Numbered from the stretch's first letter, positions 1 through 7,463 are shown. The stretch is DNA of 64,000 nt from a virus (IMGVR_UViG_3300028559_000033:4613-68612); one strand, 5' to 3'. Notes: generated by a model not told the origin, from the sequence alone. Numbers and translations: made by a program.

Positions 1-1
1 T

Positions 2-175
2 TCAATTCGAGAAGGATTTGAATTAGGAATTGACCCTAAAATTATATCCCATCCAGCAAATTGTCAACTAATGATACATTCAAAAAATATATCCAAACAT
101 AAAAAGTCTGACATATCTATAGAAGAACTGATGAATAAAATCCAAAAGTTCAATTTAAAATACTCCTATGAATAG
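2..175 (+). CDS. HNH-type homing endonuclease, C-terminal fragment (runs off window start)
   Basis: Frame 2 reads SIREGFELGIDPKIISHPANCQLMIHSKNISKHKK...YSYE*, matching the EGF..GI.P.II.HPANC.L....N..K tail of phage HNH endonucleases. It lies antisense within a tRNA cluster. Confidence 0.6.
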   Translation, partial: SIREGFELGIDPKIISHPANCQLMIHSKNISKHKKSDISIEELMNKIQKFNLKYSYE

Positions 176-181
176 GAGCAA

Positions 182-253
182 TGGAGCGTAAGGAAATCGA
201 ATCCTTATTTATGGTATGCAACACCATTGTAATTGCCGTTATACGAACGCCCC
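182..253 (-). tRNA. tRNA-Ala(UGC)
   Basis: Acceptor GGGGCGT/ACGCTCC with the G3:U70 Ala identity pair; anticodon arm ATGGT-GTTGCAT-ACCAT; TTCGATT T-loop; no encoded CCA. Confidence 0.9.
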
Positions 254-453
254 GTAAATATAGAGTGAACGGTCAACCCTGGCCAGGATGTTTACTATTT
301 GTGCCCGTTCCATTTCACATTCAGAAGGTGGTTACGTTCCCACTTCCCCATACTTTCTATACTCTATAGGTTTAAAGTTAATTGGTCAACCTTGTGCTAG
401 GTTTGAAGCACATTCCAGACTCAGTTTAACTCTAGATTTCTCATTTCTGAGAA

Positions 454-529
454 TAGGAACAATCAGATTTGAACTGATGGTCTCTCGGTTATCAGCCGAG
501 TGCATTAAACCAGGCTATGCTATGTTCCT
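454..529 (-). tRNA. tRNA-Ile(GAU)
   Basis: Acceptor AGGAACA/TGTTCCT; anticodon arm CTCGG-CTGATAA-CCGAG; TTCAAAT T-loop. Confidence 0.93.
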
Positions 530-617
530 GAGACCCTGGATTTCTCCAGGAATTACAACATTCTGCGAATCATCTCTGTGCGTTATGTTGTTGGTGGTTT
601 GAGAATTTGGTTCTCAA

Positions 618-692
618 TGATCGGTCTGAGAATCGAACTCAGTTCTTCAGTTCTTCAAACAGACGCTAAATCACCAGACTAGCTCACCGACC
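618..692 (-). tRNA. tRNA-Phe(GAA)
   Basis: Acceptor GGTCGGT/ACCGATC; anticodon loop TTGAAGA in a stem with one T-T mismatch; TTCGATT T-loop. Confidence 0.85.
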
Positions 693-798
693 AAAATAGA
701 TGTTCAACACACCGCCGACTTTTACGGCTTGAGGTATTAATACTCCGTATACTGAACTAAGGTATCTAATTACCTTTGAGAAGCTCGAATCTTCTCAA

Positions 799-870
799 TC
801 GGAATGGAGAATGTCGAAATCTCGGCCCCTAATTCCCAAAATTAGTGCTCTTCCTCTGAGCTACATTCCG
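799..870 (-). tRNA. tRNA-Pro(UGG)
   Basis: Acceptor CGGAATG/CATTCCG; D-arm TAGCTCAG; anticodon arm CTAAT-TTTGGGA-ATTAG. Confidence 0.92.
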
Positions 871-897
871 TTAAATTATTCTCAAATAAATGAGAAA

Positions 898-973
898 ATC
901 CGCAGACGGGATTCAAACCCGCAAAATAATAGGGTGAAAACCTACCGACTTTAATCAATTTGTCTACTGCGGA
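898..973 (-). tRNA. tRNA-Glu(UUC)
   Basis: Acceptor TCCGCAG/CTGCGGA; anticodon arm GTAGG-TTTTCAC-CCTAT; T-arm GCGGG-TTTGAAT-CCCGT. Confidence 0.88.
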
Positions 974-1031
974 ATGCACAGAACAATATAAAAGAGCGTA
1001 TATTGCCTGGAACATAGAGATAAATCTCTAA

Positions 1032-1104
1032 CGACCCATATCGGGGATGATCCGATATTACATATTAGACAGATATGCGTCCTAACCAATTAGACGAATG
1101 GGCC
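1032..1104 (-). tRNA. tRNA-Asp(GUC), non-canonical T-loop
   Basis: Acceptor GGCCCAT/ATGGGTC with G73; anticodon arm CATAT-CTGTCTA-ATATG; T-loop ATCATCC instead of TTCRANY. Confidence 0.82.
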
Positions 1105-1247
1105 AGGTTGATAGGGACCACCTATCTCGGGACTTTCCCCTTGGTCAGAGACACAATTTATCAGAATTTATCTCTTTAAACTGGACTAGAAAACAACGCG
1201 CACCAGACAACGCTGCTGAGTTTTGGTTAAGGGCTAAGCATACCCAA

Positions 1248-1324
1248 TACGTGGTAGAGGATTCGAACCCCTGATGAATAGTGGTGTTGGAAGCCACCGC
1301 AATCGTCCACTCTGCCAACCACGT
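1248..1324 (-). tRNA. tRNA-Trp(CCA) (alternative register Gly UCC)
   Basis: Acceptor ACGTGGT/ACCACGT; D-arm TGGCAGAGTGG; anticodon arm GTGGC-TTCCAAC-ACCAC with a C31-A39 mismatch; GTTCGAATCC T-arm. Confidence 0.7.
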
Positions 1325-1389
1325 AAGTAATATACCACGGTTTCCCGCAGCTTTCACGGAGAGTGTGACAGTTCAAAGACTGGCACAAG

Positions 1390-1461
1390 AGAGAAATATC
1401 GGATTTGAACCGATGACGACAATCTTGGCAGGATTGCATTCTACCGCTGAATTAATTTCTC
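1390..1461 (-). tRNA. tRNA-Gly(GCC)
   Basis: Acceptor GAGAAAT/ATTTCTC with U73; anticodon arm CAATC-CTGCCAA-GATTG; GGTTCAAATCC T-arm. Confidence 0.92.
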
Positions 1462-1579
1462 ATTTGGCGGCCATTTTGTTAAAGCAGTATAGCCGAACTG
1501 CATCAATGGAGAATGTTTGGACCATTCTCAAGTAAAATACCTTCTATGTCGTAATAACGATTAGTGTAGTATTTCAAAG

Positions 1580-1670
1580 TGGGAAAGAGAGGAATCGAAC
1601 CTCCGATGGTGCTAATGTAACAGTTTTACAGACTGCCGCCCCACATATTGCCGACAGGAGCCACTTTCCC
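1580..1670 (-). tRNA. tRNA-Tyr(GUA)
   Basis: Acceptor GGGAAAG/CTTTCCC; anticodon arm GCAGT-CTGTAAA-ACTGT; long variable arm; enlarged D-loop. Confidence 0.88.
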
Positions 1671-1731
1671 ATTAACTAGACGATGTTTTTTCTACCAAAA
1701 AGAAATTTTGTAGTTGCTGAATCGTCTAAAG

Positions 1732-2046
1732 TGGGACATCTGCGATTCGAACGCAGGACTAATCGGTTAACCTACTACTTCTACTCTCGTAGACCATCAA
1801 AGATGTTGTAGTCTGGACTATATCATCATCTACAGCATTATCCGTTTAGATGCCTTTCGTTTAGTCTCTGAGGCTCCCACTAACGGTTGCCTGCTGATTG
1901 CCCAATCTTTAGAATTATTACTACTTTACAGTGAGTATCTAAAGCTCTAAGGGTGTTCCAGCATACAGAAAGGTTCTACTTTACATATTTCGATGTAAGC
2001 ACTCCTAACAAAGCCGAATACTCTGACCAGACTGAGTTAATGTCCC
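1732..2046 (-). tRNA. tRNA-Lys(UUU) interrupted by a group I intron (exons 2046-2011 and 1770-1732)
   Basis: Joined exons give GGGACATTAACTCAGTCTGGTCAGAGTATTCGGCTT|TTAACCGATTAGTCCTGCGTTCGAATCGCAGATGTCCCA, a clean cloverleaf with loop CTTTTAA, G1-C72 and A73. Confidence 0.9.
1771..2010 (-). mobile_element. Group I self-splicing intron, 240 nt, no ORF
   Basis: Core motifs P (ATGCTGGAA), Q (AATCAGCAGG), R (TCAGAGACTAAA) and S (ATGATATAGTCC) occur in order. P1 pairs exon GCTT with intron GAGT, giving a U.G pair at the 5' splice site. The intron ends in G. Confidence 0.92.
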
Positions 2047-2065
2047 AAAAAAGATGTGTATTTAG

Positions 2066-2077
2066 TTGTCAAGGTTC
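2066..2077 (-). promoter_or_regulatory. rRNA-type boxA antitermination element upstream of the tRNA operon
   Basis: Minus strand GAACCTTGACAA(CTAAATA), about 20 nt before the first tRNA. Resembles the cyanobacterial rrn boxA GAACCTTGA(A/C)AA. Confidence 0.6.
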
Positions 2078-2212
2078 TGGTTGAAAAGCTGTGTTTCTCT
2101 CACCACCCAATCAATATACCACCTCTGGTCGTCCAGTGGGGACATAGTGTGCCAGTTCAGAAATTGGCCTTCGGGCGGTGCATATAATAAGGAACGCCTG
2201 CGCGTATCATTA

Positions 2213-2241
2213 AAAGTAACTCACATTGGCTGAGAAGTCAA
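2213..2241 (-). promoter_or_regulatory. sigma70-like promoter for the tRNA operon
   Basis: TTGACT-17 nt-TACTTT on the minus strand. Confidence 0.55.
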
Positions 2242-2277
2242 GAGTGAGGAGGACAGTGTGAAAAGTGGCTAAACTAC

Positions 2278-2313
2278 AAAAAAAGAGAGGTCTTTTTAGG
2301 TCCCTCTCTTTTT
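2278..2313. terminator. Bidirectional intrinsic terminator
   Basis: AAAAAAAGAGAGG...CCTCTCTTTTTT inverted repeat with A and T tracts on either side. Confidence 0.7.
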
Positions 2314-2473
2314 GTTGTTTGTATTTTTAGCTTTTCTTCTAACTATACAATTCAACAAAAAGAGACTCGCCCATAAACCAATCGGCTTTAGGGGAATAAT
2401 CTGTTTTTGGTTGAATATGTAGAGTCTTCATTGGAGGTTCAATTTGTCCTATAGTATATATACAAGTTTTTTC

Positions 2474-3232
2474 TTATTTTGTCAACTTTGAAGTTGAACT
2501 AAAAACCTTAACCTTTTTCTTCAGATACCTCTCAACTGCTGTTTTCGCTGGTGCATCAGGATTTTCTTTATACTTTTGTTGAATCTTTCTTAAATTTTCA
2601 ATCTCAGCACCCTCAACTCTCAATCCTGCTTTTCTATCACTTTCGGCTTTAGCTCTAAGAGTATCGGAATTTGCACGACCTAAAAGTTTTGCAGTTTTAG
2701 TTTGTCTCTTTTGTCTTGAAGAGCCTGGTTCTTTTTCTCTCAACTCATCACTTTTTCTTAGTGCTTTACCTGCTGGAGAAGAAACTCCTTTAGGATGATT
2801 ATAAGTAGCTGGACGAGGACTATAAAGATTTACTGCTCCTTCAAGAATACTTTCTCTCCAATCTTCACTCATTGCAGACATAATTGAATTTGCGGATTCT
2901 TCTGTATTCGCATATCCTTCATCAAGAAGATGAGTAAGAATGATATCATAGATGTCTAAATCTTCTTTTCTATACTTAGACTTAGCTTTGGCTGATTTTT
3001 TATTATGAGAATTTGCAATTTTTTCCATTTTATTGATGTGGTCAAATTGTTTCTGAGAAGCCTCAAATGGGTCTTCATTTCCCTTAGGGTCTATGTGCTC
3101 ATCTTCATATCCATGAGCATCTGAAGTCTTTCTAGAAGCCTGACGAATCATTTTACCAACAGGAAGCTTCTTATAACCTTCACAAACTTCTAAATAAGCT
3201 TCTTGTAAATTGTGAATATCAATATGGTCCAT
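2474..3232 (-). CDS. Hypothetical protein, possible internal head protein
   Basis: 252 aa, charged; carries LQEAYLEV and HLLDEGYA..EESA..IM.AMSEDWRESILE motifs typical of cyanomyovirus late proteins; TATAAATA at 3262-3269 upstream. Confidence 0.6.
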   Translation of the reverse strand: MDHIDIHNLQEAYLEVCEGYKKLPVGKMIRQASRKTSDAHGYEDEHIDPKGNEDPFEASQKQFDHINKMEKIANSHNKKSAKAKSKYRKEDLDIYDIILTHLLDEGYANTEESANSIMSAMSEDWRESILEGAVNLYSPRPATYNHPKGVSSPAGKALRKSDELREKEPGSSRQKRQTKTAKLLGRANSDTLRAKAESDRKAGLRVEGAEIENLRKIQQKYKENPDAPAKTAVERYLKKKVKVFSSTSKLTK

Positions 3233-3256
3233 ATTTTTAGATACTTTTAGATACTT

Positions 3257-3892
3257 TTAACTATTTATATTAGCCAATATATAGGCCCATAGGGTATGAG
3301 AAAAACTTTCAGCTTGGATAGGATGGAATGTTTTCCCAATTTTAGCTGAATATTGTCTTCCACTCCTTTCTCCCTCAACTCCAAATCCATGCTTTCTATA
3401 AATAGATGCTCTCGTATTCTTTTCTGGGTTTCTTCTATTCTCTGAAGCATAAGAAAAACTGTCAGGGTCATTAGACACTAAATGCCCCGCAGGAATTCTA
3501 TCTTTGATATGCTTATCCCACACTCTCTTGGCGTCTCTTGCGAGTTTAAATCTTTGCCCATGAGAAAGAGTGCTAGGAGGTATCCTACTATCATTACCCC
3601 AACTAACATGATGAGCAGGCTTATGTCCATGAGTTTTCACTTCATCAGAATGAATACGGCTATACCCGTGCTGAGAATTATAGCTTGGTTGATGATCTAT
3701 CTCATAAGAGATCCCCGACTTTTTATGCTTTATATAAGTATGACCTGACGGAGACTTATGTGGGGATGACCTAATATCAGAAGGTTTATCATAAGATAAT
3801 TCTAAATCCTTATGAGGAGTTCTATCAAAATCATAAGACTTATCATCAAATTTCTTTCTTTCTTCTAAAAATTGCTTAAAAGTTTTCATCAA
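3257..3892 (-). CDS. Putative internal head protein with capsid-targeting-like N-terminus
   Basis: Starts MKTFKQFLEE, resembling the T4 internal-protein capsid targeting sequence MKTYQEF..E; basic and His-rich. Confidence 0.6.
   Translation of the reverse strand: MMKTFKQFLEERKKFDDKSYDFDRTPHKDLELSYDKPSDIRSSPHKSPSGHTYIKHKKSGISYEIDHQPSYNSQHGYSRIHSDEVKTHGHKPAHHVSWGNDSRIPPSTLSHGQRFKLARDAKRVWDKHIKDRIPAGHLVSNDPDSFSYASENRRNPEKNTRASIYRKHGFGVEGERSGRQYSAKIGKTFHPIQAESFSHTLWAYILANINS
3262..3269 (-). promoter_or_regulatory. T4-type late promoter
   Basis: Exact TATAAATA on the minus strand, about 30 nt upstream of the start at 3232. Confidence 0.65.
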
Positions 3893-3912
3893 TAAACAGA
3901 AGTTTCTTCAAA

Positions 3913-4281
3913 CTATTTAGTCATCATAGAAAATCCCCAACCAGTTGTAATCCAAATTCTATCTGGCTTATATCCAAAATATCCTTGTAGCCAAGGACAC
4001 AACCAAACTTTCATTTGAGTTAAATTGTCAATATAAACCGTTCCATACTCATCTGTGAATTGAAATTTTAGAACAGTATCACAGATTTCAACATATTCTG
4101 TGTTCAAATCTATTCTTAGTATATCACCAGGAAATGCTTCTCTACCTGAACGTAAAGTGAAGAAGTGGTCAAGAACAAGTTCGGTTCCATTGCATAATAA
4201 TTCTTCTTTTGTATTGTGATGCTCGTGGTCAAAATGCCAAAGTGAATCGGCACGTTTCTGAGCTAAGATTGAGAGTTTCAT
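3913..4281 (-). CDS. Hypothetical protein (possibly DUF6717-like)
   Basis: 122 aa ORF with W.FD..., WLCP.L..YF...P..I motif. Confidence 0.55.
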   Translation of the reverse strand: MKLSILAQKRADSLWHFDHEHHNTKEELLCNGTELVLDHFFTLRSGREAFPGDILRIDLNTEYVEICDTVLKFQFTDEYGTVYIDNLTQMKVWLCPWLQGYFGYKPDRIWITTGWGFSMMTK

Positions 4282-4284
4282 AAT

Positions 4285-4572
4285 TTATCTCTTAGAATAA
4301 TGTGATTGGTAAAGGTCATAATACGGAGTTTTTGAGATTTTATCTATTGGTGGAATTTGTGGAGCAACTTTCCAAATTCTACTTGGATTATATCTCCAGA
4401 TTCTTGCAGCTTCAGCTACCGCAAGAGTTGCCTCCATAATATCCCAAGTATATTTGGGCAGTCTATGTCCACAAAAATATGAACCAACTGGAAATTGTGA
4501 GGGCGGTTGATATCTGCATGAAAAACATAATTCATTCACTCTTCTCCGTTTTAATGATTTCAAGAATTCCAT
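4285..4572 (-). CDS. Hypothetical protein
   Basis: ORF packed between neighbours in the operon; start uncertain. Confidence 0.5.
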   Translation of the reverse strand: MEFLKSLKRRRVNELCFSCRYQPPSQFPVGSYFCGHRLPKYTWDIMEATLAVAEAARIWRYNPSRIWKVAPQIPPIDKISKTPYYDLYQSHYSKR

Positions 4573-4780
4573 CTTTGCGAAGACTATGAATCAATTTACC
4601 CACACTCCCACCAGTAGTTTCGGCAATCATAATCTGGGATTTAGTATCTTCAATATTTTTACATTTGTAATTATACACTTTATCACTATTTGAAGTGAAG
4701 GCTACTCCTACAACACTTTCTTCAGTATCAAATATAATTTTAGAAATTGCAGACGAGTTTTGAATTTCAAGAGTTTCCAT
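4532..4780 (-). CDS. KTSC-domain-like protein
   Basis: SSAISKIIFD....VGVAF....YNY...SVGK pattern. Confidence 0.65.
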   Translation of the reverse strand: METLEIQNSSAISKIIFDTEESVVGVAFTSNSDKVYNYKCKNIEDTKSQIMIAETTGGSVGKLIHSLRKDGILEIIKTEKSE

Positions 4781-4871
4781 AATGATTCTCAGACACCTTT
4801 ATAGTCTATCACAGACTCAGGCTGTAAATGTCTTAAGTAGACAGTTGTTCAACTGACCACCAGTCTAGATT

Positions 4872-5591
4872 TTAGAGAAAATCAGAATTCAATCGTTCGG
4901 CTGCTCTAGACATTCTTGTTTGAGTATTTTTTCTTTTTGCGTTGAATCTTGCACCAGCATCATTCATACGTTCACGAGTTTCTTTTTGCTTGCGCTTTTT
5001 AGCAATTTCATTTTGAATCTTAGTAAAAGTTTTTGAAGCTTTATTGAAATTATCAGTATCTTTAACTTTAATCTCAGTTGAATAAAACATACCTCCTATT
5101 CTTGGAGAATTATTTCTTGCATTATATCTTGCTCGTTCTTTCGCATCTTGAATATGAAGCTCATATGGTTTAGTCTGTTCACTCTTCTTTTTTCCACGAT
5201 TAATTCCACCAGTTCCGTGTGGTTGAGGAGCATATCCCATCGTCATTCCTGTGGTGTATGAATTTCTATATGTTCTATGACCTTGCTTCAATCTTCCAAA
5301 ACTTACTTCAGGATTTACTGTTTTCTTAGAAACTGTTTCTCCACCAAGTTTTTTCCACTTATCTCCAGATTTTACTAACTTTTTTTTACTCGTTTGAGTA
5401 AGATTTATAAATTCTGGAGTTTTTTTCTTACCCTTAACTTTATCCTCCTTTCTCATTTCGGATAAATTTACAATAGAATATATCCAAGACTCAGACATAG
5501 CAGGAATAATAGAAACTGCCTCACTTAATGTATCAGAAAAACCATTTTCTAATAGATGTTCTACTACAATCTCCAAGTATTCCTGATACAT
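4872..5591 (-). CDS. Hypothetical basic protein, possible internal head protein
   Basis: N-terminal HLLENGFSDTLSEAVSIIPAMSESW motif shared with ORF 2474-3232, then a very Lys/Arg-rich body; TAAATA upstream near 5616. Confidence 0.6.
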   Translation of the reverse strand: MYQEYLEIVVEHLLENGFSDTLSEAVSIIPAMSESWIYSIVNLSEMRKEDKVKGKKKTPEFINLTQTSKKKLVKSGDKWKKLGGETVSKKTVNPEVSFGRLKQGHRTYRNSYTTGMTMGYAPQPHGTGGINRGKKKSEQTKPYELHIQDAKERARYNARNNSPRIGGMFYSTEIKVKDTDNFNKASKTFTKIQNEIAKKRKQKETRERMNDAGARFNAKRKNTQTRMSRAAERLNSDFL

Positions 5592-5629
5592 ATGAATAAA
5601 AATTTACTATATTTGTATTTAGGGTAAAT

Positions 5630-5773
5630 TTAATTTAAAGAAAACTCACATTGCATTAGCGACTTCACGAATAGTTCAGTATATCGCTCTTGTTTTTCTG
5701 GAACTACTGCTGAGGGATATTCAGAAATTGCTTTTCTTAATGCCTCTAGTTCATACAGTTCGTCGTTCGTCAT
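5630..5773 (-). CDS. Small hypothetical protein (47 aa)
   Basis: Read by hand: MTNDELYELEALRKAISEYPSAVVPEKQERYTELFVKSLMQCEFSLN*. Confidence 0.55.
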   Translation of the reverse strand: MTNDELYELEALRKAISEYPSAVVPEKQERYTELFVKSLMQCEFSLN

Positions 5774-5806
5774 TTGTATCAGCAATTGCACACAATTCAT
5801 AATTAT

Positions 5807-5950
5807 TTAGTCTGGAATTTCATCAATGTGAGTAGATTTAATAGGTTTTAATTTTTCCAAATGTTTCTTATATTGTAAATCTTGAAACTTTTCACTATCT
5901 ACAAGTTCTCCTGTAGAAACTTCTTTGGAGCAATTCGGTTTAATCTTCAT
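5807..5950 (-). CDS. Small hypothetical protein (47 aa)
   Basis: Read by hand: MKIKPNCSKEVSTGELVDSEKFQDLQYKKHLEKLKPIKSTHIDEIPD*; overlaps the end of the upstream gene. Confidence 0.45.
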   Translation of the reverse strand: MKIKPNCSKEVSTGELVDSEKFQDLQYKKHLEKLKPIKSTHIDEIPD

Positions 5951-6182
5951 CGTGAATGTCTCTAATTCTAGGTTTAGTTTGCTCTACTTTACAATCAACT
6001 TTTTTGAGTTTATTCTTTTGAATATACTTCTTCATATGTTCTACGCACGAGAAATAACAAGATTTTTTATCTTTTCCATCCTTATGATGTAAAGTATAAG
6101 GAAATCCAATATGAAGTGGTGGAACTACCAATAAATCTATCAGTTGTGCTTTTGTGAGTTTAGGCTTTATTTTTTTAGTCAT
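5940..6182 (-). CDS. Hypothetical protein
   Basis: 80 aa ORF, ATGA-coupled to the upstream gene. Confidence 0.65.
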   Translation of the reverse strand: MTKKIKPKLTKAQLIDLLVVPPLHIGFPYTLHHKDGKDKKSCYFSCVEHMKKYIQKNKLKKVDCKVEQTKPRIRDIHDED

Positions 6183-6472
6183 AGAATATTATGATACTCC
6201 AAAATTTCTTTCATTAATTTTGGTTCAATCATATAAAATTCAGCTATCATATCAATAGTCCAATGATTTGAATTCTTGAGTTGTGCTAATTCTCTCTGAC
6301 TAAAAGCTTCACATATAAAGTTCTCAGAACCAAAGCACGAAGTTCTAGTTTTCATACCCTCAAAAGATAGAATGTTTCTAAGTACGGTTTTTAATTTTTG
6401 AATAATAAAGTTCATAATGTTTTTAAGTAATTCACATAATATAAAGTAAAAATAAATTGGGAGCCCCCCCAC
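6179..6472 (-). CDS. Hypothetical protein (true start probably at MNFIIQ)
   Basis: ORF within the minus-strand operon. Confidence 0.55.
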   Translation of the reverse strand: MGGLPIYFYFILCELLKNIMNFIIQKLKTVLRNILSFEGMKTRTSCFGSENFICEAFSQRELAQLKNSNHWTIDMIAEFYMIEPKLMKEILEYHNIL

Positions 6473-6484
6473 GTATCATAAAAT

Positions 6485-6736
6485 TCAGTCGTCAGTTTCC
6501 AACAATCCAAATTCCTTACGAAGAAGTTTAGTTGACTTCTCTGCGTTACGATACGTTACAATTCTGAGAATTGGACTTTCTGGATGATACCTCAGCCAAA
6601 AGAAGAATCTACGAAACTTAATCTCAACTAAACTGGCCCACAAACTAATAAACACAGGTCCAAGTTCTTCCAAGAACAAAATATAAAGTGATATTCCAGT
6701 TAGAACTAGAAAAAGTATGTATTGTGGCTGCATCAT
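6485..6736 (-). CDS. Hypothetical membrane protein
   Basis: Hydrophobic N-terminus YILFLVLTGISLYILFL. Confidence 0.65.
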   Translation of the reverse strand: MMQPQYILFLVLTGISLYILFLEELGPVFISLWASLVEIKFRRFFFWLRYHPESPILRIVTYRNAEKSTKLLRKEFGLLETDD

Positions 6737-6933
6737 TTTAATCCAATCTCCCGAAGATAACTATGATAACGAAGAAAAGACCCCAAGCGAACTGGTCTTC
6801 CTAGACTCCAACAGCACTCTTGATAAGATAAAAATTCGTAATATGGCGTTGTGGGGTCTAAAACTGGAAACTCACTTGAAGTTCCCACATATTGTCTAAG
6901 ATTAAACATTTTCCCAATCTGGAACGAACACAT
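6733..6933 (-). CDS. Hypothetical protein
   Basis: 66 aa ORF coupled to neighbours. Confidence 0.55.
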   Translation of the reverse strand: MCSFQIGKMFNLRQYVGTSSEFPVLDPTTPYYEFLSYQECCWSLGRPVRLGSFLRYHSYLREIGLK

Positions 6934-7123
6934 CCCAAACTAGATGCTTATCCTCAAGATAATAGCACAAATCATCCTCATCTTCTGGAAGCAATTCAGA
7001 ACTCAAAAGTATGAAGTCTGTAATTCCGAGAAATGTGTCTCCAGATGAATCTTCAACAGTTGCAATAACCTCTACTTGTTGTTTGATTTGTGTTAATTGC
7101 TCAACTAATTTCACATAGGTCAA
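6902..7123 (-). CDS. Hypothetical acidic protein
   Basis: 73 aa ORF. Confidence 0.6.
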   Translation of the reverse strand: MTYVKLVEQLTQIKQQVEVIATVEDSSGDTFLGITDFILLSSELLPEDEDDLCYYLEDKHLVWDVFVPDWENV

Positions 7124-7317
7124 TTTGATGATTTCCTCAATTGTTTCTGTATAAAAGATTTTGCAGTTTGAAAAGACCGAGCCAAATGCACTTGAAATCC
7201 ATTGTGTATTACAATGTATTGCTTATCACCATATGGAATTGCCGCCCAAGCTAAGTCTTTTGTGACGTAAGATGGAAATTGCGGTTTCAATGTAGGTGAG
7301 AAGTTAACAAGCGTCAT
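7120..7317 (-). CDS. Hypothetical protein
   Basis: 65 aa ORF, ATGA-coupled; WAAIPYG...HNG motif. Confidence 0.65.
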   Translation of the reverse strand: MTLVNFSPTLKPQFPSYVTKDLAWAAIPYGDKQYIVIHNGFQVHLARSFQTAKSFIQKQLRKSSN

Positions 7318-7457
7318 TGAGAACAGTCATCAAATTCCAATTCAGACTGAACGTCCTCAAAATCTTCAGGGTCAATACCCAAATACTTCAAGAACTCATC
7401 GTAGTATCTAGCGTGAACCTCGTCAAGAATTTGTTGTTCAACAGAGTTAGTCATCAT
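7314..7457 (-). CDS. Small acidic hypothetical protein (47 aa)
   Basis: Read by hand: MMTNSVEQQILDEVHARYYDEFLKYLGIDPEDFEDVQSELEFDDCSQ*, with a GAGG ribosome binding site and ATGA overlap downstream. Confidence 0.6.
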   Translation of the reverse strand: MMTNSVEQQILDEVHARYYDEFLKYLGIDPEDFEDVQSELEFDDCSQ

Positions 7458-7463
7458 AATTCC

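Noticed and set aside
181-1535. ORF-track entries 181-369, 288-602, 1145-1357, 1227-1439 and 1281-1535
   Set aside because: They overlap well-formed tRNA genes and show no protein motifs.
1732-2046. Reading the intron-containing tRNA as Asn(GUU) by shifting both splice sites
   Set aside because: P1 places the U.G pair at U34, and G1-C72, A73 and the overall sequence fit Lys rather than Asn.
2297-2431. Possible short minus-strand ORF beginning MKTLHIQPK
   Set aside because: It runs into the terminator hairpin and has no supporting motif; too weak to call.
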